A DNA stretch of 64,000 bases from Candidatus Marinacidobacterales bacterium (GTDB lineage Bacteria; Acidobacteriota; Vicinamibacteria; Marinacidobacterales; DATDRI01): the NCBI GenBank assembly GCA_965226495.1, contig OZ245365.1:4736001-4800000 (forward strand), given 5' to 3'. Below, piece after piece: positions 20,101-30,636 of the stretch; positions within the stretch are counted from its first letter, which is position 1, and each line of letters begins with the position of its first letter. The notes beneath the pieces were generated by a model. That model was given only the letters and a program-made list of their open reading frames with translations, had not been told where the DNA came from and ran no database searches. Both the position numbers and the translations under genes were made by a program.

Positions 20101-22788
20101 TCGGGAAAAAGCACGTTGGCATTCGACATTCTGTTCGCGGAAGGCCAGCGGCGATTCATCGAAAGCCTCTCCGCCTACGCTCGCCAGTACATCCGTGTGA
20201 TGGACAAACCGGAGCTCGATTTACTCTTGGGTATCCCGCCCACTGTTTCGATCGAGCAAAGACTCACGCAGGGCGGTCGCACGTCCACCGTCGCTACCGC
20301 CACCGAGATTTACCACTATCTGCGGCTGCTGTACTCCAAGGTGGGTGTTCAGCATTGTGCGGAATGCGACACACCGATCACGCCGCAGACTGAAGATCAA
20401 ATCGCCAGTGATATAGCTCGTCGGTTCAAGAAGGGACGCGTGATGCTCCTAGCCCCATTGGTGCGTGCGCGGAAGGGTTCACATAGAGAGATCTTGGAGC
20501 GCGCCGCCAAGGAGGGCTTCGAAAAACTGCGCATCGACGGTCGGATGATCCGTACCGCGGCGGCACGCCCTCTTCGTCGCTACGTCGAACACGACATCGA
20601 AGCCGTCGTTGCGGAACTAACTATGAAAGCGGCGACTGCCGCGATCGGGCGCGACCAACTTCGGCGAGCTCTAGAATTGGGGCGGGGCGCAGTCGTGGTG
20701 GTAACCGCCAAGGAGTCCCGCTATTACAATCTGAGACGAGCTTGTCCGCGTTGCGAGACCAGTTATGAAGAGCTCGATCCAAGACTCTTCTCATTCAACA
20801 GCCGCTACGGCGGGTGCCCAAGCTGCCGCGGCATGGGTTATCGGGAAGCGTTCGATCCGGATCTCGTCATTTCAGACCGGCGCCTCTCGTTGGATGAAGG
20901 GGCGATCGTACCCCTCGCCAAAAACTCCAAGAAGTTCCCCCGAAGTGCCTCGTACAGGGCACGAGTGCTTCGCATGGCAACGAGGCTGAGAATCCATAGG
21001 CGACGCGCTTTCAATAAAGTGGCGCGCAAGCAAAGGGAACTTTTTCTTTTCGGCACCGCCGAAATAGAAGGCGTCCTTCCCTACCTAGAGCGAATCTATC
21101 GAGACGCGACGGGCGAGCTAGCCACGCACCTGGAGCAGTTTCGTTCTCAAACGCCTTGCTCCGAGTGTGAAGGTGCGCGGCTCAACCGCGTCGCCCGTGC
21201 CGTTCGCTTGGGCGGCCTCGGCATCGATCGCGTCGCAGACATGACGCCCGAAGGAGCGCTCCAGTTCTTGTCTAGTGTGGATCTTCAGGGGAGAACCGGC
21301 ATCATCGCCGAGAACATCCTGAAGGAGATTACCGCGCGCCTTTCGTTTCTCTTGCAAATTGGTCTTTCCTATCTTCAATTGTCCCGCCGGAGCGACACGC
21401 TCTCAGGAGGAGAGGCACAGCGGATTCGACTCGCGGCGCAGCTCGGTTCGAACCTTAGAGGCGTTTGCTACATTCTCGACGAACCGACCATCGGTCTTCA
21501 CGCGCGAGACAATCGGGTGCTTCTGAAGACGCTGCGTCAACTTCAACGGGCTGGCAACTCAGTGATCATCGTCGAGCACGACGAGGACACGATTCGGCAT
21601 GCGGACCATGTCATCGACCTCGGGCCCGGGGGAGGGGCTGAGGGTGGCGAAGTGGTGGCGGTGGGAAGCCCCGCCGAAATCGAGGCCAATCCCAGATCGT
21701 TGACTGGCCGATTTCTAAAACGCAAGGACAGTGGACCAACGAGGCGACCGCGGCCGCTCGACGGGTGTTCCTTCGTAACCATACGCGGAGCGAAAGAGCA
21801 CAACCTGAAGAATATCCGCGTACGATTCCCCGCCGGTCGGCTGAGCGTCGTCACCGGTGTTTCGGGATCGGGGAAGAGTACGTTGGTCCGCGACATCCTC
21901 TATCGCGCCGTTCGCCGCAAGCTGACGGGGAGCGGAGGACGGGTCGGCGAGCACCGAGAAATCACCGGGGCCAATGTCTTCACTAGGGTTCTCGAGGTCG
22001 ATCAAACCCCGATTGGAAAAACACCGCGTTCCATCCCCGCCTCTTATGTCGGGTTTTTCGATGAGATCAGAAGGCTATTCGCTTCGACTCCAGAAGCCCG
22101 CATGCTCGGATACCAGCCCAGTCGGTTCTCGTTCAACGTCAAAGGCGGCCGATGCGAGAACTGTGGGGGCCAGGGTCGGATCAAAATGGAGATGAGCTTC
22201 CTCCCCAACGTCTACGTCCACTGCGCGATCTGTGACGGACGGAGATACACGCAAGAAACCCTCTCGGTCACCTACCGCGGCAAGAACATTCACGAGGTTC
22301 TGGAGATGACGCTCGTCGAAGCCGAGGAGCTCTTCCGTCCGGTAGAACCGATACATCGGCCGCTTCGAATCCTCAACGAGATGGGGCTCGGCTACCTTAC
22401 CCTCGGGCAACCGTCCAACACCTTGTCCGGCGGCGAAGCGCAACGGATCAAGCTTGCCTACGAGCTTGCGAAATCCAACCGCGGTTCGACGCTGTATGTA
22501 CTCGATGAGCCAACCACCGGTCTTCACATGGCGGACATCGAGAAGTTAGTTGGTTCGCTACAGTCATTGGTAGATCAGGGGAACACGGTGGTCGTGATAG
22601 AGCACAATCTGGAAGTCATCCGAGAGGCCGATTGTGTCGTCGATCTGGGGCCCGAAGGGGGAGAGCAGGGAGGCCACTTGGTGGCCTGGGGACCACCGGC
22701 CGAGGTAGCCGCCTTGGGTGAGACCTCCTACACCGCTCGCTTCCTGAAGGAGTACCTCAAGGGCTTTCCTGTCTCGGTCTCCGCCTAG
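17140..22788 (+). CDS. uvrA: excinuclease ABC subunit A, tandem-duplicated (double-length) form
   Basis: 1882 aa with four GxSGSGKS Walker A, four LSGGE signatures and repeated Zn fingers, i.e. two fused UvrA units. Confidence 0.96.
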   Translation: MGSKPNRRPLRSEKNSPDAVIRVRGARQNNLKGIDLDLPLGALVAVTGVSGSGKSSLAFDTLYAEGQRRYVESFSTYARQFLDRMDKPAVDRIEGIPPAIAINQSNPVKNSRSTVGTMTEITDHVKLLFSKLAELFCRKCGQKVERDSVDTILEKLLSEFGGTRLFITFPLRVPEKTSTEDVESSLEGLGLRRLLVNGKIEEVSRKLLARLREKPIAVVVDRTTSKPEGRERLADSLGQALHFGKGHVSVWIDGGQELEEVPFSEHFHCATCDIHYPDPVPNLFSFNNPLGACENCKGFGRTIGIDLELVIPDPRKTLRQGAIKPWTTASYREGQEDLLAYCRRKRIPEDVPWAKLPPKQQRHVIEGDQSFYGIQGFFEWLETRTYKMHIRVLLSKYRSYVRCESCGGTRFRKETLLYRVEGRTIAEIYAADIEEALDFFTQSPSRPGDRVAEMLLDEIENRLTYLRDVGLGYLTLDRQSRTLSGGEVQRVDLTTALGSSLVNTLYVLDEPSVGLHPRDTSRLMDILKRLRDNDNTVVVVEHEPEVIRRADRVVDLGPGAGERGGELAFFGAPAELVKSANTLTGKYLSGQLRIPWRGSRRKGREGHAIHIRGAKQNNLHNVDVEIPLGVMVAVTGVSGSGKSTLIEDILYRGYRKWKGKGMGEPGACDGLDGLELVQELVLVDQSPIGRTPRSNALTYLKTYAPIRQLFASTRAAHDRGFSASTFSFNVDGGRCPLCSGEGFEKVEMQFLSDVYVTCESCGGARFKQEVLEVRFRGKNIQDVLGMTVTEGIRFFAGWEKIVTPLEVLRGVGLGYLRLGQPVNTLSGGEAQRLKLAYHMSGAVAEGTLFLFDEPTTGLHFDDIRVLLSAFDKLLEQGASILIIEHNMDVVKNADWVIDLGPEGGEAGGRVVAIGTPEQIVRSRASHTGKYLAPYLKQKPPRIASSPLPRQELDTGTVRVIGARHHNLKNVTVDTPRDQMVVITGLSGSGKSTLAFDILFAEGQRRFIESLSAYARQYIRVMDKPELDLLLGIPPTVSIEQRLTQGGRTSTVATATEIYHYLRLLYSKVGVQHCAECDTPITPQTEDQIASDIARRFKKGRVMLLAPLVRARKGSHREILERAAKEGFEKLRIDGRMIRTAAARPLRRYVEHDIEAVVAELTMKAATAAIGRDQLRRALELGRGAVVVVTAKESRYYNLRRACPRCETSYEELDPRLFSFNSRYGGCPSCRGMGYREAFDPDLVISDRRLSLDEGAIVPLAKNSKKFPRSASYRARVLRMATRLRIHRRRAFNKVARKQRELFLFGTAEIEGVLPYLERIYRDATGELATHLEQFRSQTPCSECEGARLNRVARAVRLGGLGIDRVADMTPEGALQFLSSVDLQGRTGIIAENILKEITARLSFLLQIGLSYLQLSRRSDTLSGGEAQRIRLAAQLGSNLRGVCYILDEPTIGLHARDNRVLLKTLRQLQRAGNSVIIVEHDEDTIRHADHVIDLGPGGGAEGGEVVAVGSPAEIEANPRSLTGRFLKRKDSGPTRRPRPLDGCSFVTIRGAKEHNLKNIRVRFPAGRLSVVTGVSGSGKSTLVRDILYRAVRRKLTGSGGRVGEHREITGANVFTRVLEVDQTPIGKTPRSIPASYVGFFDEIRRLFASTPEARMLGYQPSRFSFNVKGGRCENCGGQGRIKMEMSFLPNVYVHCAICDGRRYTQETLSVTYRGKNIHEVLEMTLVEAEELFRPVEPIHRPLRILNEMGLGYLTLGQPSNTLSGGEAQRIKLAYELAKSNRGSTLYVLDEPTTGLHMADIEKLVGSLQSLVDQGNTVVVIEHNLEVIREADCVVDLGPEGGEQGGHLVAWGPPAEVAALGETSYTARFLKEYLKGFPVSVSA

Positions 22789-22968
22789 CAACGACGCTGC
22801 GTAAGTCCCTGAAACTGACGCCAAAATATCGCGTTGTTATTTGTCGAACGCAGCAGAGCGTCCAGTAGACGGTGGCTGCTTGAATCGGACTCGGCAAGAC
22901 GCCACTATCAAGTTGGCCAGGCGCTAGTCCGCGGCCTGGCATGTATGTTAAAGTTATGGATCGGGAAA

Positions 22969-23805
22969 ATGAGTCTCGCCGATATAGACAAAATCGTCCG
23001 CAAAGGCTCCGTCGAGGACGAGCTCGTCCACCGCATCGATTTCGAGCGTCTGCCCGCCCACATCGCCATCATCATGGATGGCAACGGTCGTTGGGCTCAA
23101 GGACGCAGCCTTCCCCGCGTGGAAGGCCACCGTGCGGGTATCGCGTCGGTGCGAGAAGCCGTGGAAACTTGCGCGCGGATGGATATTCAAGTCCTGACCC
23201 TCTATGCATTTTCTCAAGAGAATTGGAAACGCCCCAAGAGAGAAGTCGACACGCTGATGAAGCTACTGAAGCGTTATCTAGGGCTCGAGCTTTCCTCTCT
23301 CGAGAAAAACAACATTCGCTTCCAAGTGATCGGACGGCTCAACGAGCTCCCGGACGACGTCGTGTCGGTGCTCGAGACGGGAATGGAAAGGACACACGAC
23401 AACACGGGTCTCGTGTTTAACATCGCTCTCAACTACGGGGGGCGAGCGGAGATCGTGGACGCCTGTCGCTCGCTGATCCGCGAAGCGTTGGAGGAACACT
23501 CACGTTCCGACACGTCGCTCGACCCATCCATCAACCCATCTATCAACGTTGACGAGCAAATGCTTTCGGAGCACATGTACACCGCCGGCATGCCGGACCC
23601 GGATCTGTTGATCCGAACGAGTGGCGAGCTACGGGTATCCAACTTTCTGCTCTGGCAGATCGCCTACGCCGAAATCTGGGTTACCGATACCTTATGGCCC
23701 GACTTCCGGAAGAGGGACCTCTTCGAAGCCGTCATTGATTTCCAGAAACGCGATCGTCGCTATGGCGGACTACACGTCCTGTCTCCTAAACGAAGCTACG
23801 CCTGA
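22969..23805 (+). CDS. uppS: undecaprenyl diphosphate synthase (isoprenyl transferase)
   Basis: HIAIIMDGNGRWA, YAFSQENW.RP, ALNYGGR, DPDLLIRTSGE.R.SNFLLWQ. Confidence 0.97.
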   Translation: MSLADIDKIVRKGSVEDELVHRIDFERLPAHIAIIMDGNGRWAQGRSLPRVEGHRAGIASVREAVETCARMDIQVLTLYAFSQENWKRPKREVDTLMKLLKRYLGLELSSLEKNNIRFQVIGRLNELPDDVVSVLETGMERTHDNTGLVFNIALNYGGRAEIVDACRSLIREALEEHSRSDTSLDPSINPSINVDEQMLSEHMYTAGMPDPDLLIRTSGELRVSNFLLWQIAYAEIWVTDTLWPDFRKRDLFEAVIDFQKRDRRYGGLHVLSPKRSYA

Positions 23806-23808
23806 CGA

Positions 23809-24612
23809 ATGAGCCGGGTTGTCACCGCGCTCGTTCTCATACCTCCTCTTGTCGCCATCATTCTCCTTGCACCCGCATGGGGACTTCTCTTGCTCGCCGA
23901 GGTCGTAGGTTTACTCGGCGTGCGCGAGCTCTTCGAGATGGCGGGAAAAAGCGGTTACCGAGTGTTTCGTGCTCCGGCATACCTCGCAACCCTTTTGCTC
24001 GTCGCAGCTTTCTATCCACAATCGCCAAGACCGGTTTGGGTCGTCATGGGGCTGGTGATCGCGGTGGGGCTGGCCGCCATTTGGCGCGGAGCTCCAAAAC
24101 GCGAGACGACCACGGAGGTGGCAATCACCATCCTCGGGCCGTTGTACGCCGGGCTACTGCTCGGAACCGTCGTCGGCTTGAGGCTGGCACCACCAGAGCC
24201 GGTGGGTCGGCACTGGGTAGTGTTCCTCCTCATCGTCATCATGTTGGGCGATACCGGCGCCTATTATGTTGGACGGTCGCTGGGGAAGAGGCGACTCGCA
24301 CCGGCGCTCAGCCCGAAAAAGACCGTCGAGGGTCTAATCGGCGGGCTGACTGCCTCGGTCGCCGCGGCGCTCGTCGCCGGCCGCCTGCTGCTTCCCCACA
24401 TCGGACTTCTCCACGCGGCACTCCTGGGAGCCGTCCTGGCGCTGCTGGGAGTGGGCGGGGATCTCTTCCAGTCGCTTTTGAAGCGAGGCGCTGGGGTCAA
24501 GGACTCCGGAAATCTGATGCCCGGGCATGGAGGGGTCCTAGACCGGCTGGACAGCCTCTATTTCAGCGCCCCTGCCCTTCTGGCCTACGTCCGCCTGACG
24601 ACGGGCGTGTGA
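23809..24612 (+). CDS. cdsA: phosphatidate cytidylyltransferase
   Basis: DTGAYY.G, SPKKT.EG, GDL..S..KR..GVKDSG..PGHGG.LDR.DS. Confidence 0.96.
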   Translation: MSRVVTALVLIPPLVAIILLAPAWGLLLLAEVVGLLGVRELFEMAGKSGYRVFRAPAYLATLLLVAAFYPQSPRPVWVVMGLVIAVGLAAIWRGAPKRETTTEVAITILGPLYAGLLLGTVVGLRLAPPEPVGRHWVVFLLIVIMLGDTGAYYVGRSLGKRRLAPALSPKKTVEGLIGGLTASVAAALVAGRLLLPHIGLLHAALLGAVLALLGVGGDLFQSLLKRGAGVKDSGNLMPGHGGVLDRLDSLYFSAPALLAYVRLTTGV

Positions 24613-24776
24613 TAGACCTGTGCGACCTTGCTCGGGCAACTTCTGCCCGTTCAAAAAAGCCCAGGCAAAGAAATGGCGCGTCAGACGCCTGTCCGCTAGA
24701 ATGTTGTCTTGAGAGAGGTTTTCCTGGCCAGCTGGCCCGATCCACGCACCGACAATAATGTAGGAGTCTCTTTTCT

Positions 24777-25931
24777 TTGAAGGGCATCGCTATTCTCGGC
24801 TCCACCGGTTCCATCGGGACCAACACCCTTCGGGTCGTGGAGCGTCTCGCCGATCGGTTTTCGGTGGTAGGACTGGCCGCCGGGACTCGGGTCGATGAGC
24901 TATCCGAGCAGGTCACTCGCTTCCGCCCGAAAATCGTTTCGATCCAGAGCGAGGGCGATGCGGGCACGTTGAAAACTCGTTTCGGTGACGTCGCGGTTGG
25001 CAGCGGGATTCAGGGGATGGTGGATGTCGCCACCCATCCGGAAGTTGATATCGTCGTTTCCGGAACGGTGGGCGCGATTGGTCTGGTGCCGACCCTCCGC
25101 GCTCTCGAGGCCGGCAAAACGGTCGCCCTGGCGAACAAAGAAACGTTAGTCATCGCCGGAGAGATCATGACAAGAGCGCTTGCGAGCTCTGGTGCCAAGC
25201 TGCTCCCGGTGGACAGCGAACACAACGCGATCCATCAATGCCTAGCCGGACGCGAAGACACCGTGCAGCGCATCTGGCTTACCGCTTCCGGTGGCCCTTT
25301 CCGGCGCGCGAATCGCGAAGAGATGCGGCGAGCCCGTCCCGCGGATGCACTCAAACATCCCACGTGGGAAATGGGACCCAAGATCAGCATCGACTCTGCA
25401 ACAATGATGAACAAGGGATTCGAGGTCATCGAAGCCCGTTGGCTCTTCGGTTTGGCGCCGTCGCAAGTCCGCATCGTCGTGCATCCACAATCAACGATCC
25501 ACTCGATGGTCGAGTTCGAAGACGGATCCCTGCTCGCGCAGCTCGGGGTAACCGACATGAGGTTGCCGATCCAATACGCGCTGACATACCCGGAGCGTTT
25601 GACCAGCGATCTCCCGCCGCTCGATCTGGATCGACCCATGTCGTTGGAGTTCCATCCCCCGGACCTCGAGCGTTTCCCTTGTGTGGGGTTAGCCTACCAG
25701 GCCATCGAGACTGGTGGCACCGCTCCAGCGGTTCTCAATGCTGCCAACGAGATAGCGGTGGCAGCCTACCTCGAAGAGCGCATCGGCTTTCTTCAGATAC
25801 CCGAGATTCTGGGCGAGACCTTGAGCCGCCACGACAGCCAGGACGCGAATGATTTGGACACCGTCTTGGGTGCCGACCAATGGGCACGGGAAGAAGCCCG
25901 ACGACTGGTCGCCGCCCCAACGTTGAGTTAA
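24777..25931 (+). CDS. dxr: 1-deoxy-D-xylulose 5-phosphate reductoisomerase
   Basis: LGSTGSIG, LANKE, PVDSEH, TASGGPF, HPTW.MG.KISIDSATMMNKG. Confidence 0.98.
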   Translation: MKGIAILGSTGSIGTNTLRVVERLADRFSVVGLAAGTRVDELSEQVTRFRPKIVSIQSEGDAGTLKTRFGDVAVGSGIQGMVDVATHPEVDIVVSGTVGAIGLVPTLRALEAGKTVALANKETLVIAGEIMTRALASSGAKLLPVDSEHNAIHQCLAGREDTVQRIWLTASGGPFRRANREEMRRARPADALKHPTWEMGPKISIDSATMMNKGFEVIEARWLFGLAPSQVRIVVHPQSTIHSMVEFEDGSLLAQLGVTDMRLPIQYALTYPERLTSDLPPLDLDRPMSLEFHPPDLERFPCVGLAYQAIETGGTAPAVLNAANEIAVAAYLEERIGFLQIPEILGETLSRHDSQDANDLDTVLGADQWAREEARRLVAAPTLS

Positions 25932-25959
25932 GAAAAGCGGCATTAGAGGATTAACACGA

Positions 25960-26150
25960 TGGAAGAGCCCTCATCCGTCGCGCAGTCGCCGAAGCTCAAG
26001 GGAACCTGGCCGGGTTTTAGGCCCGAGCGCAGCCTTGAGCCGATGCGAAGTCGCCAGGTCGACGGAGCATCCAGGCTTGGGGATGGGGCCCCAAGCCACT
26101 AACAAAGTTCGAGGTCCGCTCGTGGGGGTGGGGCCCCACGAGCACTAAGC
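25960..26150 (+). repeat. modular REP-like cluster with two GGGG(G/A)TGGGGCCCC hairpins
   Basis: gcttggggatggggccccaagc-cactaa and ctcgtgggggtggggccccacgag-cactaa. Confidence 0.85.
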
Positions 26151-26165
26151 AATGGAGAAAGCATC

Positions 26166-27479
26166 TTGTTTCTAAGCGCACTAGCGTTCATCTTCGTTCT
26201 CGGGGTCATGATCTTCATTCATGAGCTCGGCCACTTCCTCACCGCCAAGTGGATCGGCGTCAAGGTCCATGTCTTCTCCCTCGGCTTTCCACCCAAGCTC
26301 ATCGGTAGAAAGTGGGGCGACACCGAGTACCGAATCGGCATGCTCCCCCTGGGCGGCTACGTGAAGATGGCCGGAGAAAACCCTGATGAGGTTTCCGGCA
26401 ATAAGGACGAGTTCTACTCGAGGACGAAGCTAGAGAGAATCGCCATCCTGACGATGGGACCGGCGATGAACATCTTTCTCACCGTCTTTCTTTTCACGAT
26501 CCTTTTCATGGTCGGGATCGATCGGCCGGTAGGCCTCGAGGATCCACCGGTAGTCCGCTTCGTCTCCGCGGACTCCCCGGCGATCGCCGCGGGCGTCGAG
26601 CCCGGTGACCGGATCGTAGCTATCGACGGCGAACCGGTCGATAGCTGGATGAAGACCTTAGACACCTTCCACATCAGCCCCAACCAAACTGTGGCCCTCA
26701 CCTTGGAGCGTGCCGGTCACGCCGTCGAAACCGAGCTGGTGATCGAGGCCCGAGGCGAGGAACAGATCGGGTACACCGGGCTGTTTCCGGCGGTTCAACC
26801 GCGCGTCGAAGGGTTGAGTGAAGGCTTCCCGGCCGAGCTCGCCGGTCTCCTCGAGGGTGACCTGATCGTCAAAGTCGACGACAAAACCATCTACAGCAAC
26901 CAAGAGCTCATCGAGGCCATCGGAAAAAAAGAGGGGGCGCCCGTCACGCTCGCGATCCTGCGGAGCGGAACCCTGCAGGAGATAACCGTCACCCCCAAGA
27001 AAGAGGGGGAGCGCTTCCTCATCGGTATCGAGCTTCCCTCCCCGGTGGCGATGCAGCAGATCAGCAATCCCGTCAAGGCGTTCGGCGCCGCAGTGAGCGA
27101 ATCCGCCCGCATTACCAAGCTCACCTTCGTCGTCTTGGGTCGTTTGATTCAGAGGAAGCTCTCGATGCGGCAGATGATGGGCCCCATCGGGATCGCGCGA
27201 GCCTCGGGGCGGGCCGCAAGAAGCGGGGCACGCAACCTCTTCACCCTCATGGCCGTGATCAGCCTTCAGCTCGGTATCTTCAATCTTCTACCAATTCCCG
27301 TCTTGGACGGCGGCCACATTGCGATCATCTTAGTGGAGGGCCTCGCCCGTCGCGACTTTAGTCTGCAAATGAAAGAACGCGTGCTGCAAGTGGGCTTCGT
27401 ACTTTTGTTGCTCTTGATGGTAACGGTCATCTACATCGACCTTAGCAAAATCGAGTCCATCGGCCGCTTCCTCCCTTAG
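26166..27479 (+). CDS. rseP: RIP metalloprotease RseP with two PDZ domains
   Basis: HELGH, PLGGYVKMAGE, GP..N, FNLLPIPVLDGGH. Confidence 0.96.
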   Translation: MFLSALAFIFVLGVMIFIHELGHFLTAKWIGVKVHVFSLGFPPKLIGRKWGDTEYRIGMLPLGGYVKMAGENPDEVSGNKDEFYSRTKLERIAILTMGPAMNIFLTVFLFTILFMVGIDRPVGLEDPPVVRFVSADSPAIAAGVEPGDRIVAIDGEPVDSWMKTLDTFHISPNQTVALTLERAGHAVETELVIEARGEEQIGYTGLFPAVQPRVEGLSEGFPAELAGLLEGDLIVKVDDKTIYSNQELIEAIGKKEGAPVTLAILRSGTLQEITVTPKKEGERFLIGIELPSPVAMQQISNPVKAFGAAVSESARITKLTFVVLGRLIQRKLSMRQMMGPIGIARASGRAARSGARNLFTLMAVISLQLGIFNLLPIPVLDGGHIAIILVEGLARRDFSLQMKERVLQVGFVLLLLLMVTVIYIDLSKIESIGRFLP

Positions 27480-27480
27480 T

Positions 27481-27558
27481 GCGAGTGAACAGTAAACAGT
27501 GAACAGTAATCAGTACTTCCAACTGATCACTGATGACTGCTTACTGACCACTTCTCGC
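27481..27558. repeat. heptamer tandem-repeat hairpin, copy 2 (inverted relative to copy 1)
   Basis: agtgaac agtaaac agtgaac agtaatc agt ... actgatc actgatg actgctt actgacc. Confidence 0.85.
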
Positions 27559-27589
27559 TCTTCGACCGGCTCGCCCTGAGAAAGGCCCT

Positions 27590-28702
27590 GTGAAGATCGA
27601 AACGATTGAGATCCAAGAACTGAAGCTTGAGCTACTCTTCCCCTTCGAGACCAGCTTTGCTCGTGTCGACTACCAGCACTTCTTGGTCCTGAAAGTCCGG
27701 GTGGACGGGGTCGTCGGCTGGAGCGAATGCGTGGCCGACGAGGCGCCGAGTTATTCTTCCGAGACCATCCGCACCGCCTGGCACGTCATCGAAGATTTCA
27801 TCGCACCGGTGGTCTTCCAACGAGAATTCTCGCACCCGCGTGAGATCGTGTCTTCCCTAGATCTGATTCGGGGACACAATATGGCAAAGGCCGCGGTGGA
27901 GATGGCGTGCTGGGACGCTTACTCCCGCCAACAAGGAGAACCGCTTTCCAAAACGCTGGGAGGCACGAGAGCTGAGATCGAGTCAGGAGTTTCGATCGGA
28001 ATTCAAAAAAGCGTGGGGCAACTGCTGGAGAAGATAGAGACTGAATTAGCCAGTGGCTATCGACGAATTAAGATCAAGGTCAAACCGGGCTGGGATCGCG
28101 ATGTCGTCGCTGCCATCCGGAAGCGATTTCCCGACACTCCCCTTATGATCGATGCGAATTCCGCGTACAGTCTCGACGACATTCCGCTCTTCAAAGATCT
28201 CGACCAGTTCGATCTCATGATGATCGAGCAGCCTCTAGCGTACGACGACATTTGGGACCATGCGAAGCTCCAACGAGAGATACGAACTCCTATTTGTCTC
28301 GACGAGTCAATCCACTCTCCAGAAGACGCCCGGAAGGCGTTCGAAATGGGCGCCTGCCGCATCATTAACATCAAGGCCGGGCGGGTCGGGGGCCTGGTCC
28401 GAGCGAAGGCGATTCACGACGTGGCGGCTTCTCACGGTGCGGCGGTCTGGTGCGGCGGTATGCTGGAAAGTGGAATCGGCCGGGCGCACAACGTCCACCT
28501 TTCCACCCTCGAGAACTTCGCTCTGCCTGGCGACGTGTCCGACAGCAAGCGTTATTTCAAGGAGGAGGTCATCGAGCCGCGGGTGGAAGTCAGATCCGAC
28601 GGCACGATCGCCGTCCCCACCGAGGCCGGCATCGGCTACCGAGTGTTGGAGGATCGCATCCAGCGCCACTCGTTGAGTTCTGCTGTCCTGAAACGGACTT
28701 AA
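27590..28702 (+). CDS. menC: o-succinylbenzoate synthase / N-succinylamino acid racemase (NSAR/OSBS, enolase superfamily)
   Basis: PFETSF, RIKIK, DAN, IEQP, LDESI, NIK.GRVGG, WCGGMLE.GIGR, PGD.S. Confidence 0.92.
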   Translation: MKIETIEIQELKLELLFPFETSFARVDYQHFLVLKVRVDGVVGWSECVADEAPSYSSETIRTAWHVIEDFIAPVVFQREFSHPREIVSSLDLIRGHNMAKAAVEMACWDAYSRQQGEPLSKTLGGTRAEIESGVSIGIQKSVGQLLEKIETELASGYRRIKIKVKPGWDRDVVAAIRKRFPDTPLMIDANSAYSLDDIPLFKDLDQFDLMMIEQPLAYDDIWDHAKLQREIRTPICLDESIHSPEDARKAFEMGACRIINIKAGRVGGLVRAKAIHDVAASHGAAVWCGGMLESGIGRAHNVHLSTLENFALPGDVSDSKRYFKEEVIEPRVEVRSDGTIAVPTEAGIGYRVLEDRIQRHSLSSAVLKRT

Positions 28703-28707
28703 AACCC

Positions 28708-29800
28708 TTGCCTAGCTGTCACGCCGCGGTCATACCCGCTCCCGGTGTCGCGCCGGAGACGAGAGAAATCGCGATCCCCGATTTGGTACCAGGAGCGATT
28801 CTCCTGAGAACAATAGCCAGCGAGGTCTGCGGCACCGACGTCCACCTGTATCACGGGCGGTTGGACGGTGTTCCCTATCCCCTCATTCCCGGCCATATCT
28901 CGATCGGGCACGTCGAGGAGATGATCTCCGAAGTGCAAGACGCCGAGGGCAATCTCATCCGCCCCGGCGACACCGTCGTGTTCTATGACGTCATCGGAGC
29001 TTGTGGGGGCCTGCTATGTCTGCTCGGTCGCCGCGACACCGACACGCTGCCCACACCGCAGGGTGTATGGCATCACATTGCCGGGCGACAGGCCGTCTGG
29101 TGGTTGGGCGACCCACATCTATCTCGAGCCGGGAACGAAGACACTCAAGCTGACCGAGGGGCTCTCGGTCGAGGATTACATGGGTGGGGGATGCGGCCTC
29201 CACACCGGCTACCGAGCCGTTGAACGGGCGGACATCGAAATCGGGTCTTCGGTCTTGGTCATGGGCGCGGGACCGGTAGGGCTCTCCGCCACCGCGTTCG
29301 CACGTTTGGCCGGTGCGGGACTGGTTCTGGTCACGGGAGCGCCGGAAGCGCGACTCGAAGCAGCCCGTCACATGGAAGCGAACGCCACGATGGATATCAC
29401 CGGCTCCGAAAAAAAGGACCGGGTCGCATGGTCGCGTGAGCAAACGGAGGGACGGGGTCCCGACGTCGTGATCGAAGCGGCGGGACGACCGGAGGCGGTC
29501 GTCGAAGCGTTCGAGATTGTGCGGGAAGGCGGCACCGTCGTGATCGCAGGACAGTACACGGATGCGGGGGATGCAGTCTTCAATCCTCACCACCACCTGA
29601 ACCGCAAGCAGCTCGATGTGCGGGGCTGCTTCGGGTTCGAGTTCCGGCATTTCTATCGGGCCACGCGCTCGCTCACGACCATCGCCAAACGCTTTCCATG
29701 GCGAGAACTCATCACCCGGGAGTACACACTTGACGAAGCAGCTCAGGCTCTGGAAGACGTGGCAGCGCTCAAGGTTGTCAAGGCTTTGATACGCCCCTGA
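28708..29800 (+). pseudogene. Zn-dependent medium-chain dehydrogenase/reductase with a +1 frameshift (pseudogene or sequencing error)
   Basis: CGTD...PGH in one frame; CYVC...C, GAGPVG and IEAAG in the next; removing one G from the G5 run at 29005-29009 restores the C-x2-C-x2-C-x7-C Zn site. Confidence 0.85.
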
Positions 29801-29829
29801 AGGACCGCCATGCCAAGCCCTATCACGGG

Positions 29830-30636
29830 ATGACCGCCCCGCGCTTTTTGTCTCTGAAGGAGGCGGTCTCCCTCATTCCGAGTGAAGCTTCACTGAGCCT
29901 CGGGGGATTCGATATCGTCCGGGCTCCGATGGCTCTCGTTTTCGAGCTCGTCCGCCAGGGAGGCCGACGGATCGAACTGATCACCGCTCCCAACCCCTTA
30001 GCGATGGACGTCCTCATTGGGGCGAAAGTAGCCTGCAAAGTGACCGCGGGTTTTTCCGGCTTCCAATACCAGCATGGGTTCGCGGTAGGGCCGATGTGGA
30101 AGCAGGCCGTCGAGTCGAACGAGGTCGATTACCGTGAGGTCGACGTTTACGCGATCCTCAGCGGCCTTCGGGCCTCGGCCCTCGGATTGCCGTTCCTTCC
30201 TTTGACCGATATCGATGGCTCCGAACTCACCGACCCCGAGCGATGGACCCGCGTGGAACATCCATTCGATGCGAAGCAGAAAGTGACGGTGACGCGCCCC
30301 ATACGGCCCGACTTCGCACTCATCCACGCCCAAGCGGCGGACCGAACGGGGAACCTTCGCATCGACGACCCGATCGTGGACGAGCTCGTCGCCAAGGCAA
30401 GTACTCGTGTCATTGCGACGGTGGAAACGATCACGGACCAAGTGGAGCGCCCCTCGGTACCTTTCTACCGCGTCGACGCCCTGGTCGAGGCTCCGCGGGG
30501 AGCGTGGCCGTCCGCTTGCCCAGGATACTATCCCGTCGATGAGGAGCACCTTCATCTATATATAGGGATGGCGGAAGGGGGACGCTTCGCCGACTACCGA
30601 CGCCAATTCATCGACCCCAAGGAAGGCACCTCATGA
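29830..30636 (+). CDS. aibA: CoA-transferase-fold alpha subunit, AibA-like (3-methylglutaconyl-CoA decarboxylase A)
   Basis: GGF...RAPMALV.EL..QG, PNPL, LRA...GLPF, PD.A..HA..AD..GNL; resembles recalled M. xanthus AibA. Confidence 0.7.
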   Translation: MTAPRFLSLKEAVSLIPSEASLSLGGFDIVRAPMALVFELVRQGGRRIELITAPNPLAMDVLIGAKVACKVTAGFSGFQYQHGFAVGPMWKQAVESNEVDYREVDVYAILSGLRASALGLPFLPLTDIDGSELTDPERWTRVEHPFDAKQKVTVTRPIRPDFALIHAQAADRTGNLRIDDPIVDELVAKASTRVIATVETITDQVERPSVPFYRVDALVEAPRGAWPSACPGYYPVDEEHLHLYIGMAEGGRFADYRRQFIDPKEGTS

